Shown here piece after piece: positions 1-10,246 of a stretch of DNA of 64,000 nt. The translations under genes and the position numbers were made by a program. A model generated the notes under the pieces. That model made no database searches. It was not told where the DNA came from and saw only the letters and a list, made by a program, of their open reading frames with translations. Origin of the DNA: a virus. Each line of letters begins with the position of its first letter. The first letter of the stretch is position 1. The stretch is from positions 1 to 64,000 of the IMG/VR virus record IMGVR_UViG_3300042386_001406. One strand, written 5' to 3'.

Positions 1-2
1 AT

Positions 3-692
3 ACTGATTATTATAATCCTCCTGTTATACAATCAACTATTATAACAGCGGTACTTTCAACTAGACCTTTAATTCCAGGAGGTACATCCACTCCAACTAG
101 TTATGTAACTTCTTCTATAGATAATAAACCATATTTTTCAGTACATTTAAGTTCATCAAATATATTATATGCTTCACCAGTGTTATCTAATAACTACCCA
201 GGTGTAACTAGTGCTAGTTATACTAGTGAAGGATTTTATTTTAATGGTGTTGATTATAACCAATCAATAACTCCTCCATCTGTAATATATGGAGAAGCAG
301 ATTATGTATTCCAATTAAATCCAGGTGATTTAATTAGATTATATAATACAAGTTCTTCACCAACAGGGTTTTCAATACTTGAAGAATATGAGATTTCTGA
401 AGTATTCCCTCCAACTCCAACATTCCCAACATTATCATTTGCTTTGAATCGTAATATAAATTTAAATTCTATTCAATTTACATCTAACCAAACTGGTAGT
501 ATTAGACGATATATTATTAGTAGAAGAATACCTGATGAAACAAATGTTGTTATTAACTATCAAAAACGCTCTGGACAAACATCAGCAGGAATTGTTAAAA
601 ATCCTAACTTAGCACCGGATGTTGATGCTAAGATGGCTAATATTGTGAGTGACTTGAAGAGCAAGATATTTAGTACAGTTCTCATTCCGTAA
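3..692 (+). CDS. virion structural protein, 5'-truncated by the window edge
   Basis: Frame is open from position 3 (no stop before the listed GTG at 180); S/T-rich; lies directly upstream of baseplate-like genes. Confidence 0.6.
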   Translation, partial: TDYYNPPVIQSTIITAVLSTRPLIPGGTSTPTSYVTSSIDNKPYFSVHLSSSNILYASPVLSNNYPGVTSASYTSEGFYFNGVDYNQSITPPSVIYGEADYVFQLNPGDLIRLYNTSSSPTGFSILEEYEISEVFPPTPTFPTLSFALNRNINLNSIQFTSNQTGSIRRYIISRRIPDETNVVINYQKRSGQTSAGIVKNPNLAPDVDAKMANIVSDLKSKIFSTVLIP

Positions 693-718
693 CATATTTA
701 TATAAAACATATTAAAAG

Positions 719-1387
719 ATGTCATTTTTAAACAACCAATTAGTAACAATTGATGCCGTATTAACAAAGAAGGGCCGCGAATTAATGGCTCGTAACGACG
801 GATCATTTCAGATTACTCAATTTGCATTAGCTGATGATGAGATTGATTATACTTTATACAATCCAAATCACCCATCAGGTTCAGCTTTCTTTGGTGAAGC
901 AATTGAGAAAATGCCTTTGTTACAAGCATTCACTGATGAAACTCAAAACTTAAAATACAAGTTAGTAACTTTACCACGTGGTACTTCTAAGTTACCTGTA
1001 TTGAACCTTGGATACACAACTGTGACATTACGTCAATCAGCTGCGTTAACTATTACTCCTCAAACATTAAACTACTTAGGTGCTGTTTCAACTTTTGAAC
1101 CATCAGGTTATTTAATGACTGTGGGAGATTCAAGATTCTTAAGTACATTTACAGGTGCTGGTATTGATACAACTTCATTAGGTACAAGTATTCCTGTTCC
1201 AAACTCAAGTGGAGCTAGTTTATCAGTAAGCCAAATTGGTACTTCATTTAGTTTAATTGCTACAACAATTAACACTTTATTTGGTACTTCAGCTTTACCA
1301 GGTGCTACTATCACAACTACAATAACAACTATTGGTAGAGATAGTGGAGCTAGAGTTACTATTCCTTTAACAATTATTAAAACCTAA
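719..1387 (+). CDS. baseplate/tail-associated structural protein
   Basis: N-terminal VLTKKGRELMA...ITQFALADDEIDY resembles tail-collar/baseplate proteins; preceded by ATATTTAT. Confidence 0.6.
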   Translation: MSFLNNQLVTIDAVLTKKGRELMARNDGSFQITQFALADDEIDYTLYNPNHPSGSAFFGEAIEKMPLLQAFTDETQNLKYKLVTLPRGTSKLPVLNLGYTTVTLRQSAALTITPQTLNYLGAVSTFEPSGYLMTVGDSRFLSTFTGAGIDTTSLGTSIPVPNSSGASLSVSQIGTSFSLIATTINTLFGTSALPGATITTTITTIGRDSGARVTIPLTIIKT

Positions 1388-1394
1388 TTAATAT

Positions 1395-2429
1395 ATGTCA
1401 TTCACACCATTCGCTCCTGATGATTCAGTAGTAAGTTCAGATGCTTCCATATCTCCGATGTGGACAGGTGATGTAACTACATTACTTACTTACTATAGTA
1501 GCTCTGCTCAAGAATCATCTAATGCTGGTAAATTCTATTTGGATGTTTACCAAACCTCTTCTTCTGATCTAGATGCTGTAGTTCAATTTTCTGTAGCATA
1601 TGGTCATATAAGTGGTTCAGGTTCAGCTTATTTTAACGCTGCAGTACCTAGTAAAACTCCAACAAGAGATATATTTGGACAATTTAGAACTTTAATTTAT
1701 GGAGATGAAAACTCTTCATTTACTTTTGGTTCATCAACTGTATCTTCAAAAGACATTATTGTATTATCAGTCAATAGAACTTGTTTTAAAGAATCATTCA
1801 ATCCAGGCTCAATGACATTAACATTAGGTACTGGTAGTGCTGTTTTAAAATTAACTGATGATTCTACTGTAACAACAGCTGCTACTTATATTGGTACATC
1901 TCGTGTTTACCAATTATTAAGTGGTTCTTTTGATAGTGTATATTCTACAAACTATACAGTAAGTGGTTCTTATGGTATTATGATTCCTGATGAAGGATTA
2001 GTTATACTAAACCCACGTGCTCTTGCTTTATCAGTTGGTGCTTTAGGTGGTTTAAATGTAACTTGGAATGAAGATAGTTCAACAACTGTTGCTTCAGCAA
2101 ATCCATCTTACAACTATAATAATAGAAAAGTATACGAATTATTAACTACAGGAGCTAATTTCCGCTTACAAAACTACGAAACAATATCTTCACGTTACTT
2201 CTTTGTACGTGTTAAAAATGCAGAAGATAATTACACAACAAACCCAACAGTAATTGATTCTAATGGTAATTTACTATATACATCTTTAATTTATAACCCA
2301 CAAACTTATATCACAACAGTAGGTTTATATAATACCTCTGGTGATTTAGTAGCTGTGGCTAAATTAAACAAACCATTAGTAAAAGATTTCACTAAGGAAT
2401 TGTTATTACGTGTTAAATTAGATTTCTAA
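1395..2429 (+). CDS. baseplate/tail-associated structural protein
   Basis: C-terminal [20 protein letters not shown] motif typical of baseplate/tail-collar proteins; S/T/G-rich. Confidence 0.6.
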   Translation: MSFTPFAPDDSVVSSDASISPMWTGDVTTLLTYYSSSAQESSNAGKFYLDVYQTSSSDLDAVVQFSVAYGHISGSGSAYFNAAVPSKTPTRDIFGQFRTLIYGDENSSFTFGSSTVSSKDIIVLSVNRTCFKESFNPGSMTLTLGTGSAVLKLTDDSTVTTAATYIGTSRVYQLLSGSFDSVYSTNYTVSGSYGIMIPDEGLVILNPRALALSVGALGGLNVTWNEDSSTTVASANPSYNYNNRKVYELLTTGANFRLQNYETISSRYFFVRVKNAEDNYTTNPTVIDSNGNLLYTSLIYNPQTYITTVGLYNTSGDLVAVAKLNKPLVKDFTKELLLRVKLDF

Positions 2430-2439
2430 TGTTTCGCCA

Positions 2440-3606
2440 ATGTCAGCATTCAAACGAATTAACGTATCAGACTACTTTGTAGTTCCATATACAGCCAATA
2501 AAAGCTGGAATATTAAGTCGGGGTCTTTAGCTGACTATCAAATAACTGTAAATCCAGGAGTTAAATTTACTAGTTCATTATTTGATCCTTATAATGAGCT
2601 TGAAACTAATGATCAATATGATCGTTTAGTTTATGATATGGTAAATACTACTTACTATCCTGATTTTTTGCCAACATATGTAGATACAAGTTCTAAATCA
2701 AGTACTATTTTAAATAATGGTACTTTATCTACATCGTCATATTATAATGGATTTGTTGAGTTAGGTAACTTAGATACTGTAAAATTTTTTCCAACAGGAA
2801 ATGGATCAATAATTTATGTTATTAACTTCCCACGTCAGTTAACTAGTGAAAAAATATTACCAACTACATTTGAATTAAGTTTTTATAGTGGTTCTAATAC
2901 TTACACAATTTATGATGATGGAAATTATAACTTACGTTATAGTGGAAGTACTATAGGATGTTCTTTAGGTACATTTATATCTCAAAGTTCATATATTGGT
3001 AATGTATTTTATGAGCAAAACATAGCTGTATTAAGTATAATTCCTAATGGATTTATGCCTACACCTACACCAACTCCAACACCAACACCTACTGTTACTC
3101 CAACTCCAACTAATACATTTACTCCAACCCCAACACCAACAGCAACTAACACACCAACTCCTACACCAACCCCAACTAATACATTTACACCAACACCAAC
3201 ATTAACCCCAACTCCTTCTCCAACTCCAACTAACACACCAACACCAGGACCATCACCTACTCCAACACCAACTCCTACTAGCACTCCTACACCACCACCT
3301 CCAACAAACACACCTACACCAACCCCAACAAACACCCCAACGCCAACTCCTACAGCAACTAACACACCAACACCAACTCCAGATACTAATACTTACTATA
3401 ATGCAACTCAGTACTTAAACTGTGTTCAAAATAGTTCTCCAGGAGCCTTTATATTACGTGTACCAAGTGCTGTAGGTGGAAGTACATGGTGGTGTGGTGA
3501 TGATGGATTCCAATATCAGTTTGATTCTAATATATCTCCTAATCCACCATCTTTTGATATAACTGCTACATCAACAGCTATAAGTTGTGGAAGTTTATCA
3601 TGTTAA
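2440..3606 (+). CDS. structural protein with long Pro-Thr stalk and Cys-rich C-terminal domain
   Basis: N-half resembles the N-half of 1395..2429, followed by ~105 aa of PT repeat and a 4-Cys tip. Confidence 0.6.
   Translation: MSAFKRINVSDYFVVPYTANKSWNIKSGSLADYQITVNPGVKFTSSLFDPYNELETNDQYDRLVYDMVNTTYYPDFLPTYVDTSSKSSTILNNGTLSTSSYYNGFVELGNLDTVKFFPTGNGSIIYVINFPRQLTSEKILPTTFELSFYSGSNTYTIYDDGNYNLRYSGSTIGCSLGTFISQSSYIGNVFYEQNIAVLSIIPNGFMPTPTPTPTPTPTVTPTPTNTFTPTPTPTATNTPTPTPTPTNTFTPTPTLTPTPSPTPTNTPTPGPSPTPTPTPTSTPTPPPPTNTPTPTPTNTPTPTPTATNTPTPTPDTNTYYNATQYLNCVQNSSPGAFILRVPSAVGGSTWWCGDDGFQYQFDSNISPNPPSFDITATSTAISCGSLSC
3058..3381 (+). repeat. Pro-Thr coding repeat
   Basis: CCN-ACN codon repeats encoding (PT)n. 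Confidence 0.95.
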
Positions 3607-3619
3607 AATAAATTAAAAA

Positions 3620-4093
3620 ATGATTAGAACTATAGTACCAAATTTTGATGTTAAGTTTAAAAACAACCACGTTGTTTATGAGACTTTTATCAAATGTACT
3701 GTAAAGGACTATGAGTTCAATGCGTCATATAACTCAACATTACTATCAGGTTCTCAAGGTGTTATGACACCATTTAGTTCATCAGTTAGTGGAAGTGTAG
3801 TTTATATTACATCTCAAGATAACTACGGTATATTAAAAGATTTCGCTACTGGTTCTATTTCAGGTTCAGAATTTTCACCTTATGTTTCAACAGTAGGTTT
3901 ATATAATGATGCTCAAGAGTTATTAGCAGTGGCTAAAATGGCGGCTCCAATGCCATTATCACCTGACACAGACCAAACATTTTTAGTGAAATGGGATTTG
4001 AATTTTGTAAGTGAATATCAACCTACTCCAACACCAACTCCTACCACAGGACCAACTCCTACCCCAACTCCTACTCCTACAGGTACTCCTTAA
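3620..4093 (+). CDS. baseplate-associated protein with PT tail
   Basis: YVSTVGLYNDAQELLAVAK is paralogous to the C-half of 1395..2429; C-terminal PT repeat. Confidence 0.6.
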   Translation: MIRTIVPNFDVKFKNNHVVYETFIKCTVKDYEFNASYNSTLLSGSQGVMTPFSSSVSGSVVYITSQDNYGILKDFATGSISGSEFSPYVSTVGLYNDAQELLAVAKMAAPMPLSPDTDQTFLVKWDLNFVSEYQPTPTPTPTTGPTPTPTPTPTGTP

Positions 4094-4113
4094 TATTTAT
4101 ATAAAATAATGTT

Positions 4114-4542
4114 ATGAAATGGAATTACTGGGATAAATTAAATCCTGAAGATTATATCGGTTTTGTTTATAAAATCACTAACTTAACAGATGGTAAGTTT
4201 TATATCGGGAAGAAATACTTTTGGTATAATAAAAAGAAAAAACTAACCAAAAAACAACTCGCTGAATTACCATCAACACCAGGCCGTAAACCAACTCATG
4301 AAATAGTTAGAGTTGAAAGTGACTGGAAAACATATTGGGGTTCATCTAAGGAACTACTTGAATCAGTTAAAGTATTAGGTGAGGATCATTTTGAATGTAT
4401 GATACTCATGCCTTGCAAAACCAAAAAACAACTCACATACTACGAAATGCACTACCAGTGCAAATATGAGTGTCTAATTCCAGGTACTAGATCATATAAT
4501 GATAATATATTAGGTAAGTTTTTCACTAAAGACTTGGCCTAA
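4114..4542 (+). CDS. GIY-YIG family nuclease
   Basis: GFVYKITNLTDGKFYIGKK motif. Confidence 0.75.
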   Translation: MKWNYWDKLNPEDYIGFVYKITNLTDGKFYIGKKYFWYNKKKKLTKKQLAELPSTPGRKPTHEIVRVESDWKTYWGSSKELLESVKVLGEDHFECMILMPCKTKKQLTYYEMHYQCKYECLIPGTRSYNDNILGKFFTKDLA

Positions 4543-4569
4543 TAAAATATTTTAGTTATATTATTAGTT

Positions 4570-5505
4570 ATGATTAATGCTGCCTTACTGCATACAGTGA
4601 ACAGTGTACTAGGAAAAGGAAAAGAAACGAGTAGTAATAACTACGCGTATAAGTGTCCTTTCTGCAACCATCATAAGCCTAAACTCGAAGTGAACATGGT
4701 ACCTAACATGAAAGGAGAAAATCCATGGCATTGTTGGGTATGTAATAAGAAAGGTAGAACACTGATTGGTTTATTTAAGAAAATAAAAGTTGTTCCTGAA
4801 AAACTATCTGAGTTAAGATCAATACTTGGTTACACACAGAAAGAAGAAGTTATTAGTGATAAAACTAAAGTTGAATTACCTAAAGAATATAAACCACTAA
4901 TTAATCTCGCACGCACAGATATTATAGCTAAACACGCTTTAATGTATTTAAAAAAACGAGGTATTAATAAGGCGGACATATTGAAGTATAATATAGGTTA
5001 TTGTGAAGAAGGCAGGTATGGGGGCCGAGTTATTATACCATCATATGATGCTAATGGTGACTTAAATTACTTTATAGCTCGAGACATCAATCCAGACTCA
5101 AAGAAAAAATATGATGCTCCTAAATGTAATAAAAATGAGATTATAGGACTAGAATATTTTATTAACTGGAATGTACCTGTAATATTATGTGAAGGTATTT
5201 TTGATGCTATTGCTATTAAACGTAATGCAGTTCCATTACTTGGAAAAACATTTTCCAAAGCACTAATGTTAAAATTAGTTCAAAACAATGTTAAAACAGT
5301 ATACGTGTCTTTAGATAAGGACGCTTTAAAAGACGCTCTAAAATACGCTGAAGAATTACTCAATTTAGGTAAAGACGTTTATCTAATTGACATGAAGGAT
5401 AAGGATCCTTCAGAAATGGGCTTCGAAAAATTTACCAAATTAGTTCATGAAGCCGAGCAACTATCTCTAGGTGAACTAATATACAAAAAGCTAGAATTAG
5501 CATGA
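4570..5505 (+). CDS. DNA primase (Zn finger + TOPRIM)
   Basis: CPFC...HCWVC zinc finger, RVIIP, CEGIFD and LDKDA TOPRIM motifs. Confidence 0.85.
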   Translation: MINAALLHTVNSVLGKGKETSSNNYAYKCPFCNHHKPKLEVNMVPNMKGENPWHCWVCNKKGRTLIGLFKKIKVVPEKLSELRSILGYTQKEEVISDKTKVELPKEYKPLINLARTDIIAKHALMYLKKRGINKADILKYNIGYCEEGRYGGRVIIPSYDANGDLNYFIARDINPDSKKKYDAPKCNKNEIIGLEYFINWNVPVILCEGIFDAIAIKRNAVPLLGKTFSKALMLKLVQNNVKTVYVSLDKDALKDALKYAEELLNLGKDVYLIDMKDKDPSEMGFEKFTKLVHEAEQLSLGELIYKKLELA

Positions 5506-6287
5506 TTGATAGAAACGTCAATATAATTAAAGACCCAAAAATCAAACGCATTGTAGAGTACAATGAGGGAGATAGGCAAGTAAATGTTTTAGACTCTCGT
5601 TTTTATAGACGAGGAGAAGAATATTACCCATCAGTAACATCAGTATTAAATTATTTTCCTAAAAATCAATTTTTTCATAATTGGCTTAAAGATGTAGGAC
5701 ATAATAGTGATATTATAGCCTCTAAAGCAGCAAATGAAGGTACTCAAGTACACACTGCAATTGATCGTTTTTTAAACGGAGAAGAAATTCAATGGTTAGA
5801 TCAAAATGGTAGAGCAGAATACAGTATGGATGTATGGAAAATGATTCTTAAGTTTGCTGACTTTTGGAACACACACAAACCAGAACTCATAGTAGGTGAG
5901 TATCATTTATTTTCTGATGAGTATAAGTACGCTGGTACAGCTGACTTAGTTGTTCGTATGAATGAAAAATTATGGTTATTAGATATTAAAACATCTAACT
6001 CACTTCATACATCATATGATTTACAGTTAGCCGCTTACTCTAAAGCATGGAATGAAACACATACTGATAAAATAGAGGAAACAGGTATTTTATGGCTTAA
6101 AGCAAATACCCGTAGTGAAGGTAAAAAAGATAAAATACAAGGTAAAGGATGGGAATTAAAAGTTATAAGTGATATTGAAGCTAACTTTAAAATGTTCATG
6201 AATATATACGAGATATATAAACTTGAAAATCCTAACTTCAAACCCTCAACTGAAACATTACCTACATCAGTCAAAGTTTCTTTTTAA
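5502..6287 (+). CDS. PD-(D/E)XK exonuclease (Cas4/RecB-like phage family)
   Basis: YPSVTSVL, GTQVH, YAGTAD, LLDIKTS, QLAAY motifs. Confidence 0.85.
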   Translation: MIDRNVNIIKDPKIKRIVEYNEGDRQVNVLDSRFYRRGEEYYPSVTSVLNYFPKNQFFHNWLKDVGHNSDIIASKAANEGTQVHTAIDRFLNGEEIQWLDQNGRAEYSMDVWKMILKFADFWNTHKPELIVGEYHLFSDEYKYAGTADLVVRMNEKLWLLDIKTSNSLHTSYDLQLAAYSKAWNETHTDKIEETGILWLKANTRSEGKKDKIQGKGWELKVISDIEANFKMFMNIYEIYKLENPNFKPSTETLPTSVKVSF

Positions 6288-6354
6288 TATTTATCAGTGC
6301 AAATAAAATTGCCAAAATGTTATATAATTATATCTATATAGAATAAACTCTGTT

Positions 6355-6387
6355 AGAGGACGCCTGTGCGTCCTCTTTCTATTTTTT
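6355..6387 (+). promoter_or_regulatory. terminator-like hairpin in the 5' leader of the TonB receptor gene
   Basis: AGAGGACGC-ctgt-GCGTCCTCT followed by TTCTATTTTTT. Confidence 0.6.
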
Positions 6388-6403
6388 AACCAAAAAAACA
6401 TGT

Positions 6404-9400
6404 ATGAAAAAAACAATTCTGTTCTCGGTTTTCAGCTTGCTTGCTTTTGTTGGATTTGGTCAGATTACCACTTCAGCAATTTCAGGTATTGTAATTAACG
6501 AGAAAAAGGAAGTGTTGGTAGGTGCTACAATCCATGCAACCCACCTTCCAACAGGAACGCAGTACACTGCTACTGCAAACAAACAAGGTGTATATGTTTT
6601 ACCTGCTGTGAGAGTAGGTGGACCTTACACAATTCATTCTTCTTATGTAGGATATAAGAAGGGTGAAGTAACAGAAGTTAACACACAGTTAGGTTTAACA
6701 TCTAACGTTGACTTTGTTTTGATTGATGAAGTGAAAGCTCTCAAAGAAGTAGTTATTAGTGGTAATAGTACTTTTTCAAGACAAAAGACAGGTGCCGCTC
6801 AACAATTCGGACGTAGAGAATTAACTTCAATTCCTATTACAGGAGCTAGAACAATTGATGGTATTACCAAGTACAATCCATTTGGTAATGGTACCTCATT
6901 CGGCGCTCAAGACAGCCGTATGAACAACTTCACTATTGATGGTTCTCAGTTCAACAACAACTTTGGATTAGGATCTTCAGCTCAAGCTGGTGGCCGTACA
7001 GGTGCTTCAGCAATCTCACTTGACGCTATTGATCAACTTCAAGTTAACATTGCTCCATTTGACATTCGTCAGTCTGGATTTACAGGTGCTGGTATCAATG
7101 CTGTAACACGCTCTGGTACTAATGACATTGAGGGTAGTGTTTATGGTACTCAACGTAATAACTCATCTCGTTATGTAGGTGATAACGCACGTGGTACTAC
7201 TGTAACAGCACAAAAATTCGATGAAAAAGTATTAGGTTTCCGTTTAGGTGCTCCAATTATCAAAAACAAATTGTTTATCTTTGGTAACTACGAGCAAATT
7301 GATAGAACAGAACCTGGTACCACTTGGATTTCAGCTGGTTCACCTCTTACAGGTAGTCAAGTATCTCGTGTTAGATACTCTGCAATGGATAGTCTTTCTA
7401 AATTCATGAAAGACAAGTTTAATTATACAACTGGTCCATGGGAGGGGTACTCGAATACGAATTCATCTAATAAATTTCTCGTTCGTCTTGATTGGAACAT
7501 CGATGCTAAGAATAAACTTACTGCTCGTTATGTTCACCATAACTCATCAGCTGAGATAAACATTTCTAACTCTCAATCAGCTGGTGCTGGTAACCGTACC
7601 ACTCAGTTTAATGCTATGTCGTTCCAAAACAGTGGATACATTATCCAAGACAACACTCGCTCAGCTGTATTAGAACTTAACTCTAAGTTAACTAATACAC
7701 TTCATAATAACTTGATCGTTTCTTACGATAAGCAAATTGAAGATAGAGCTTATATGAGTAATATGTTCCCAACAATTGATATTCGTGAGGGTTCTGCTAC
7801 TTATACTTCAGTAGGATTTGATCCATTTACACCTGATAACAAGTTAAACTATTGGACATTTAACATTACTAATAACTTGACTAAGTATTTTGGCAAGCAT
7901 ACAGTAGTTGGTGGTGTGAATTTCCAAAGATATCAATCAAACAACTTGTTCTTCCCAGCATCTAATGGTGTTTATATTTTTAATAGTTTGAATGACTTCT
8001 ATACTGCCGCTAATCAATCATTAGCAAATGGTGGTCGTCCTTCAACTTTTGCACCTGCTCGTTTCCAACTTCGCTATTCTGCCTTACCAGGTGGAATTGC
8101 ACCAATGCAAACTTTAGAATCTTATAGAACCGACATTTATCTACAAGATGAATATAACGGTTTTAAAAATCTAAAGCTAACTGCTGGTATTAGAGCAAAT
8201 ATTATTGAAATTGAGAATACTGCTCTAGAAAACCCAGCTATTACAGCAATGACTTTTGCTAATGGTGAAAAATGGAATACAAGTGTAATGCCTAAAACAC
8301 AGGTATTATTTGAACCACGTTTAGGATTTAACTGGAATGTTAAAGGTACAGGTAAAACACAAGTAAGAGGTGGTACTGGTATTTTCACAGGTCGTCCTCC
8401 TCTTGTATTCTTATCTAACCAAATTGGTAATAATGGTGTATTATCAGGATTTATTGATGTATCTGGTGCAGCAGCTGCCGCTTATGGCTTTACTGCTAAT
8501 CCAAATCAGTATTTCATCCCATCAACTCCAACTTTACCATCTACATTTGATTTAGCTTTAACAGATCCAAATTATAAGTTTCCACAAGTATGGAAAAATA
8601 ACTTAGCTGTTGATCAAAAATTACCTTGGTTAGGTTTGATCGCTAGTGTTGAAGTATTGTATAACCAAACAATTAATGCTGTTCATTACTATAACGCTAA
8701 CCTAGATAAGCCAGTTGGTAATTTATTAGGTGTAGATACAAGACCCTTGTATGCAGGAAATGATAATGGTGTTCGTGTAAACGACAACGTATCAATGGCT
8801 GCTGTTTTAACAAACAGAAATGGTGCTTATAATCGTTCTATTACTTATAAATTAGAAAAACCAGTATCTAAAGGTATTTGGGGATATGTAGCATATACAA
8901 ATGCTCAAGCCGAAGACTTTATGAGTGCTGGGTCTATTGCCTCAGGTTCTTGGCAGTCAGCTCAATCGGTATTTGGTAATAATACTCTTAATTTAACAAC
9001 TTCAGATTTCGTAGTTAGAAATCGTATTGTTGGTTTATTAGGATACCGTATTGAAGGTGGTAAGAAATATGGTACTGCTACTACATTAACCTTAGGTTAT
9101 GTAGGATCACAAAACAATCCATTCTCATATATTGTTGCTGGTGATTTGAATGGTGACCGTGTAAGTAATAACGATTTGATATTTGTACCACATAAAGCAT
9201 CTGATATTCGCTTTGCCCCATTAACTGTGGGTACAGGAGCTACAGCTGTAACTTACACTGAAGCTCAACAACAAGCTGCTTTCGATGCATTTATTAATCA
9301 AGATCCATATTTGTCAACTCGTAGAGGACAATATGCTGAAAGAAATGGATTAGCATTACCTTTCTTACATAGATTTGATCTATCAGCCGCTCAAGATTTC

Positions 9401-9682
9401 TTTGTAAAGATTAAAGGTAAGCGTAACAGCTTCCAAATCCGTGCTGATATCTTGAACTTTGGTAATATGTTAAGTAACAAATGGGGTGTATCACAACGTG
9501 CTGGTGCTCCACAATTGTTGAACTTTGTTAGCCGTGACGCTGCAGGTGTTCCAACATATAGATTATCAACTCAACGTGATGCAACAAGTACTTACTTAGC
9601 AAAAGATACATATCAATACAATTCATCAGTATTTGATGTGTGGACAGCTCAGTTAGGTATTCGTTATACTTTCGGTAAGTAA
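6404..9682 (+). CDS. TonB-dependent outer-membrane receptor (Oar-like, with N-terminal carboxypeptidase-regulatory-like domain)
   Basis: Signal peptide; QITTSAISG...YTI N-domain; plug motifs NNFTIDG and INAVTRSGTN; PRLGFNW; C-terminal QLGIRYTF beta strand. Confidence 0.9.
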   Translation: MKKTILFSVFSLLAFVGFGQITTSAISGIVINEKKEVLVGATIHATHLPTGTQYTATANKQGVYVLPAVRVGGPYTIHSSYVGYKKGEVTEVNTQLGLTSNVDFVLIDEVKALKEVVISGNSTFSRQKTGAAQQFGRRELTSIPITGARTIDGITKYNPFGNGTSFGAQDSRMNNFTIDGSQFNNNFGLGSSAQAGGRTGASAISLDAIDQLQVNIAPFDIRQSGFTGAGINAVTRSGTNDIEGSVYGTQRNNSSRYVGDNARGTTVTAQKFDEKVLGFRLGAPIIKNKLFIFGNYEQIDRTEPGTTWISAGSPLTGSQVSRVRYSAMDSLSKFMKDKFNYTTGPWEGYSNTNSSNKFLVRLDWNIDAKNKLTARYVHHNSSAEINISNSQSAGAGNRTTQFNAMSFQNSGYIIQDNTRSAVLELNSKLTNTLHNNLIVSYDKQIEDRAYMSNMFPTIDIREGSATYTSVGFDPFTPDNKLNYWTFNITNNLTKYFGKHTVVGGVNFQRYQSNNLFFPASNGVYIFNSLNDFYTAANQSLANGGRPSTFAPARFQLRYSALPGGIAPMQTLESYRTDIYLQDEYNGFKNLKLTAGIRANIIEIENTALENPAITAMTFANGEKWNTSVMPKTQVLFEPRLGFNWNVKGTGKTQVRGGTGIFTGRPPLVFLSNQIGNNGVLSGFIDVSGAAAAAYGFTANPNQYFIPSTPTLPSTFDLALTDPNYKFPQVWKNNLAVDQKLPWLGLIASVEVLYNQTINAVHYYNANLDKPVGNLLGVDTRPLYAGNDNGVRVNDNVSMAAVLTNRNGAYNRSITYKLEKPVSKGIWGYVAYTNAQAEDFMSAGSIASGSWQSAQSVFGNNTLNLTTSDFVVRNRIVGLLGYRIEGGKKYGTATTLTLGYVGSQNNPFSYIVAGDLNGDRVSNNDLIFVPHKASDIRFAPLTVGTGATAVTYTEAQQQAAFDAFINQDPYLSTRRGQYAERNGLALPFLHRFDLSAAQDFFVKIKGKRNSFQIRADILNFGNMLSNKWGVSQRAGAPQLLNFVSRDAAGVPTYRLSTQRDATSTYLAKDTYQYNSSVFDVWTAQLGIRYTFGK

Positions 9683-9707
9683 TATAGAACGTTAGTTTCT
9701 AATATAT

Positions 9708-9740
9708 AAGTGGCTCGGAGAAATCCGGGCCACTTTTTTT
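9708..9740 (+). terminator. intrinsic terminator
   Basis: AAGTGGCTCGGA-gaaa-TCCGGGCCACTT followed by a T run. Confidence 0.9.
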
Positions 9741-9741
9741 A

Positions 9742-9768
9742 TTGACCGCGACTCCTGGCGTATCTTTA
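9742..9768 (+). promoter_or_regulatory. host-type (Bacteroidota-like) promoter
   Basis: TTGACCGC...TATCTTTA, with 16 nt between TTG and the TAnnTTTA box; paralleled at 10030-10056. Confidence 0.55.
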
Positions 9769-9791
9769 GTGTATAATAAAAATTGAAAGTT

Positions 9792-10028
9792 ATGAATAAC
9801 GAGATTAAAGAAATGAGTATTTGTGAGGTCATGGATATTCTTTATCCGAATTTTGAAGATCAAATTCAGTTATCGTGGGAGGAAGAGTGTGATGTTGTGT
9901 TGAATTTTTGTAAACAACATAACTATATGTTATACGAACGTGTTCGTGAACAGTTTTTCAAATGGGAAGGTTATGATTTAGCGGTCAAAGGTGGTTATAG
10001 TGGAGTTGTTTATAGTGACTTAAGCTAA
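9792..10028 (+). CDS. hypothetical protein
   Basis: ORF after the promoter; ATG at 9792 preferred to TTG at 9783. Confidence 0.6.
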   Translation: MNNEIKEMSICEVMDILYPNFEDQIQLSWEEECDVVLNFCKQHNYMLYERVREQFFKWEGYDLAVKGGYSGVVYSDLS

Positions 10029-10029
10029 A

Positions 10030-10056
10030 TTGACCGCAATTCATTTACTATATTTA
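10030..10056 (+). promoter_or_regulatory. host-type (Bacteroidota-like) promoter
   Basis: TTGACCGC...TATATTTA with the same spacing as 9742. Confidence 0.55.
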
Positions 10057-10073
10057 ATATATAAATAAAATAT

Positions 10074-10235
10074 ATGCAATTAAAAGAATCAAAAACAAAT
10101 TGGCATTTTAATATTAGTTTAGCCAAATCATGTCTACGAATTATGGCTGGAGTAACACTAATTAGAGGTGAACTATTAATATCAGGTGTATTATTTATAT
10201 TAGCTGAAGTATTAGGTATTATTGAAGAATTTTAA
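10074..10235 (+). CDS. small membrane protein (53 aa, not in ORF track)
   Basis: MQLKESKTNWHFNISLAKSCLRIMAGVTLIRGELLISGVLFILAEVLGIIEEF; fills the gap after the promoter. Confidence 0.75.
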   Translation: MQLKESKTNWHFNISLAKSCLRIMAGVTLIRGELLISGVLFILAEVLGIIEEF

Positions 10236-10246
10236 AAAAATAAGTT

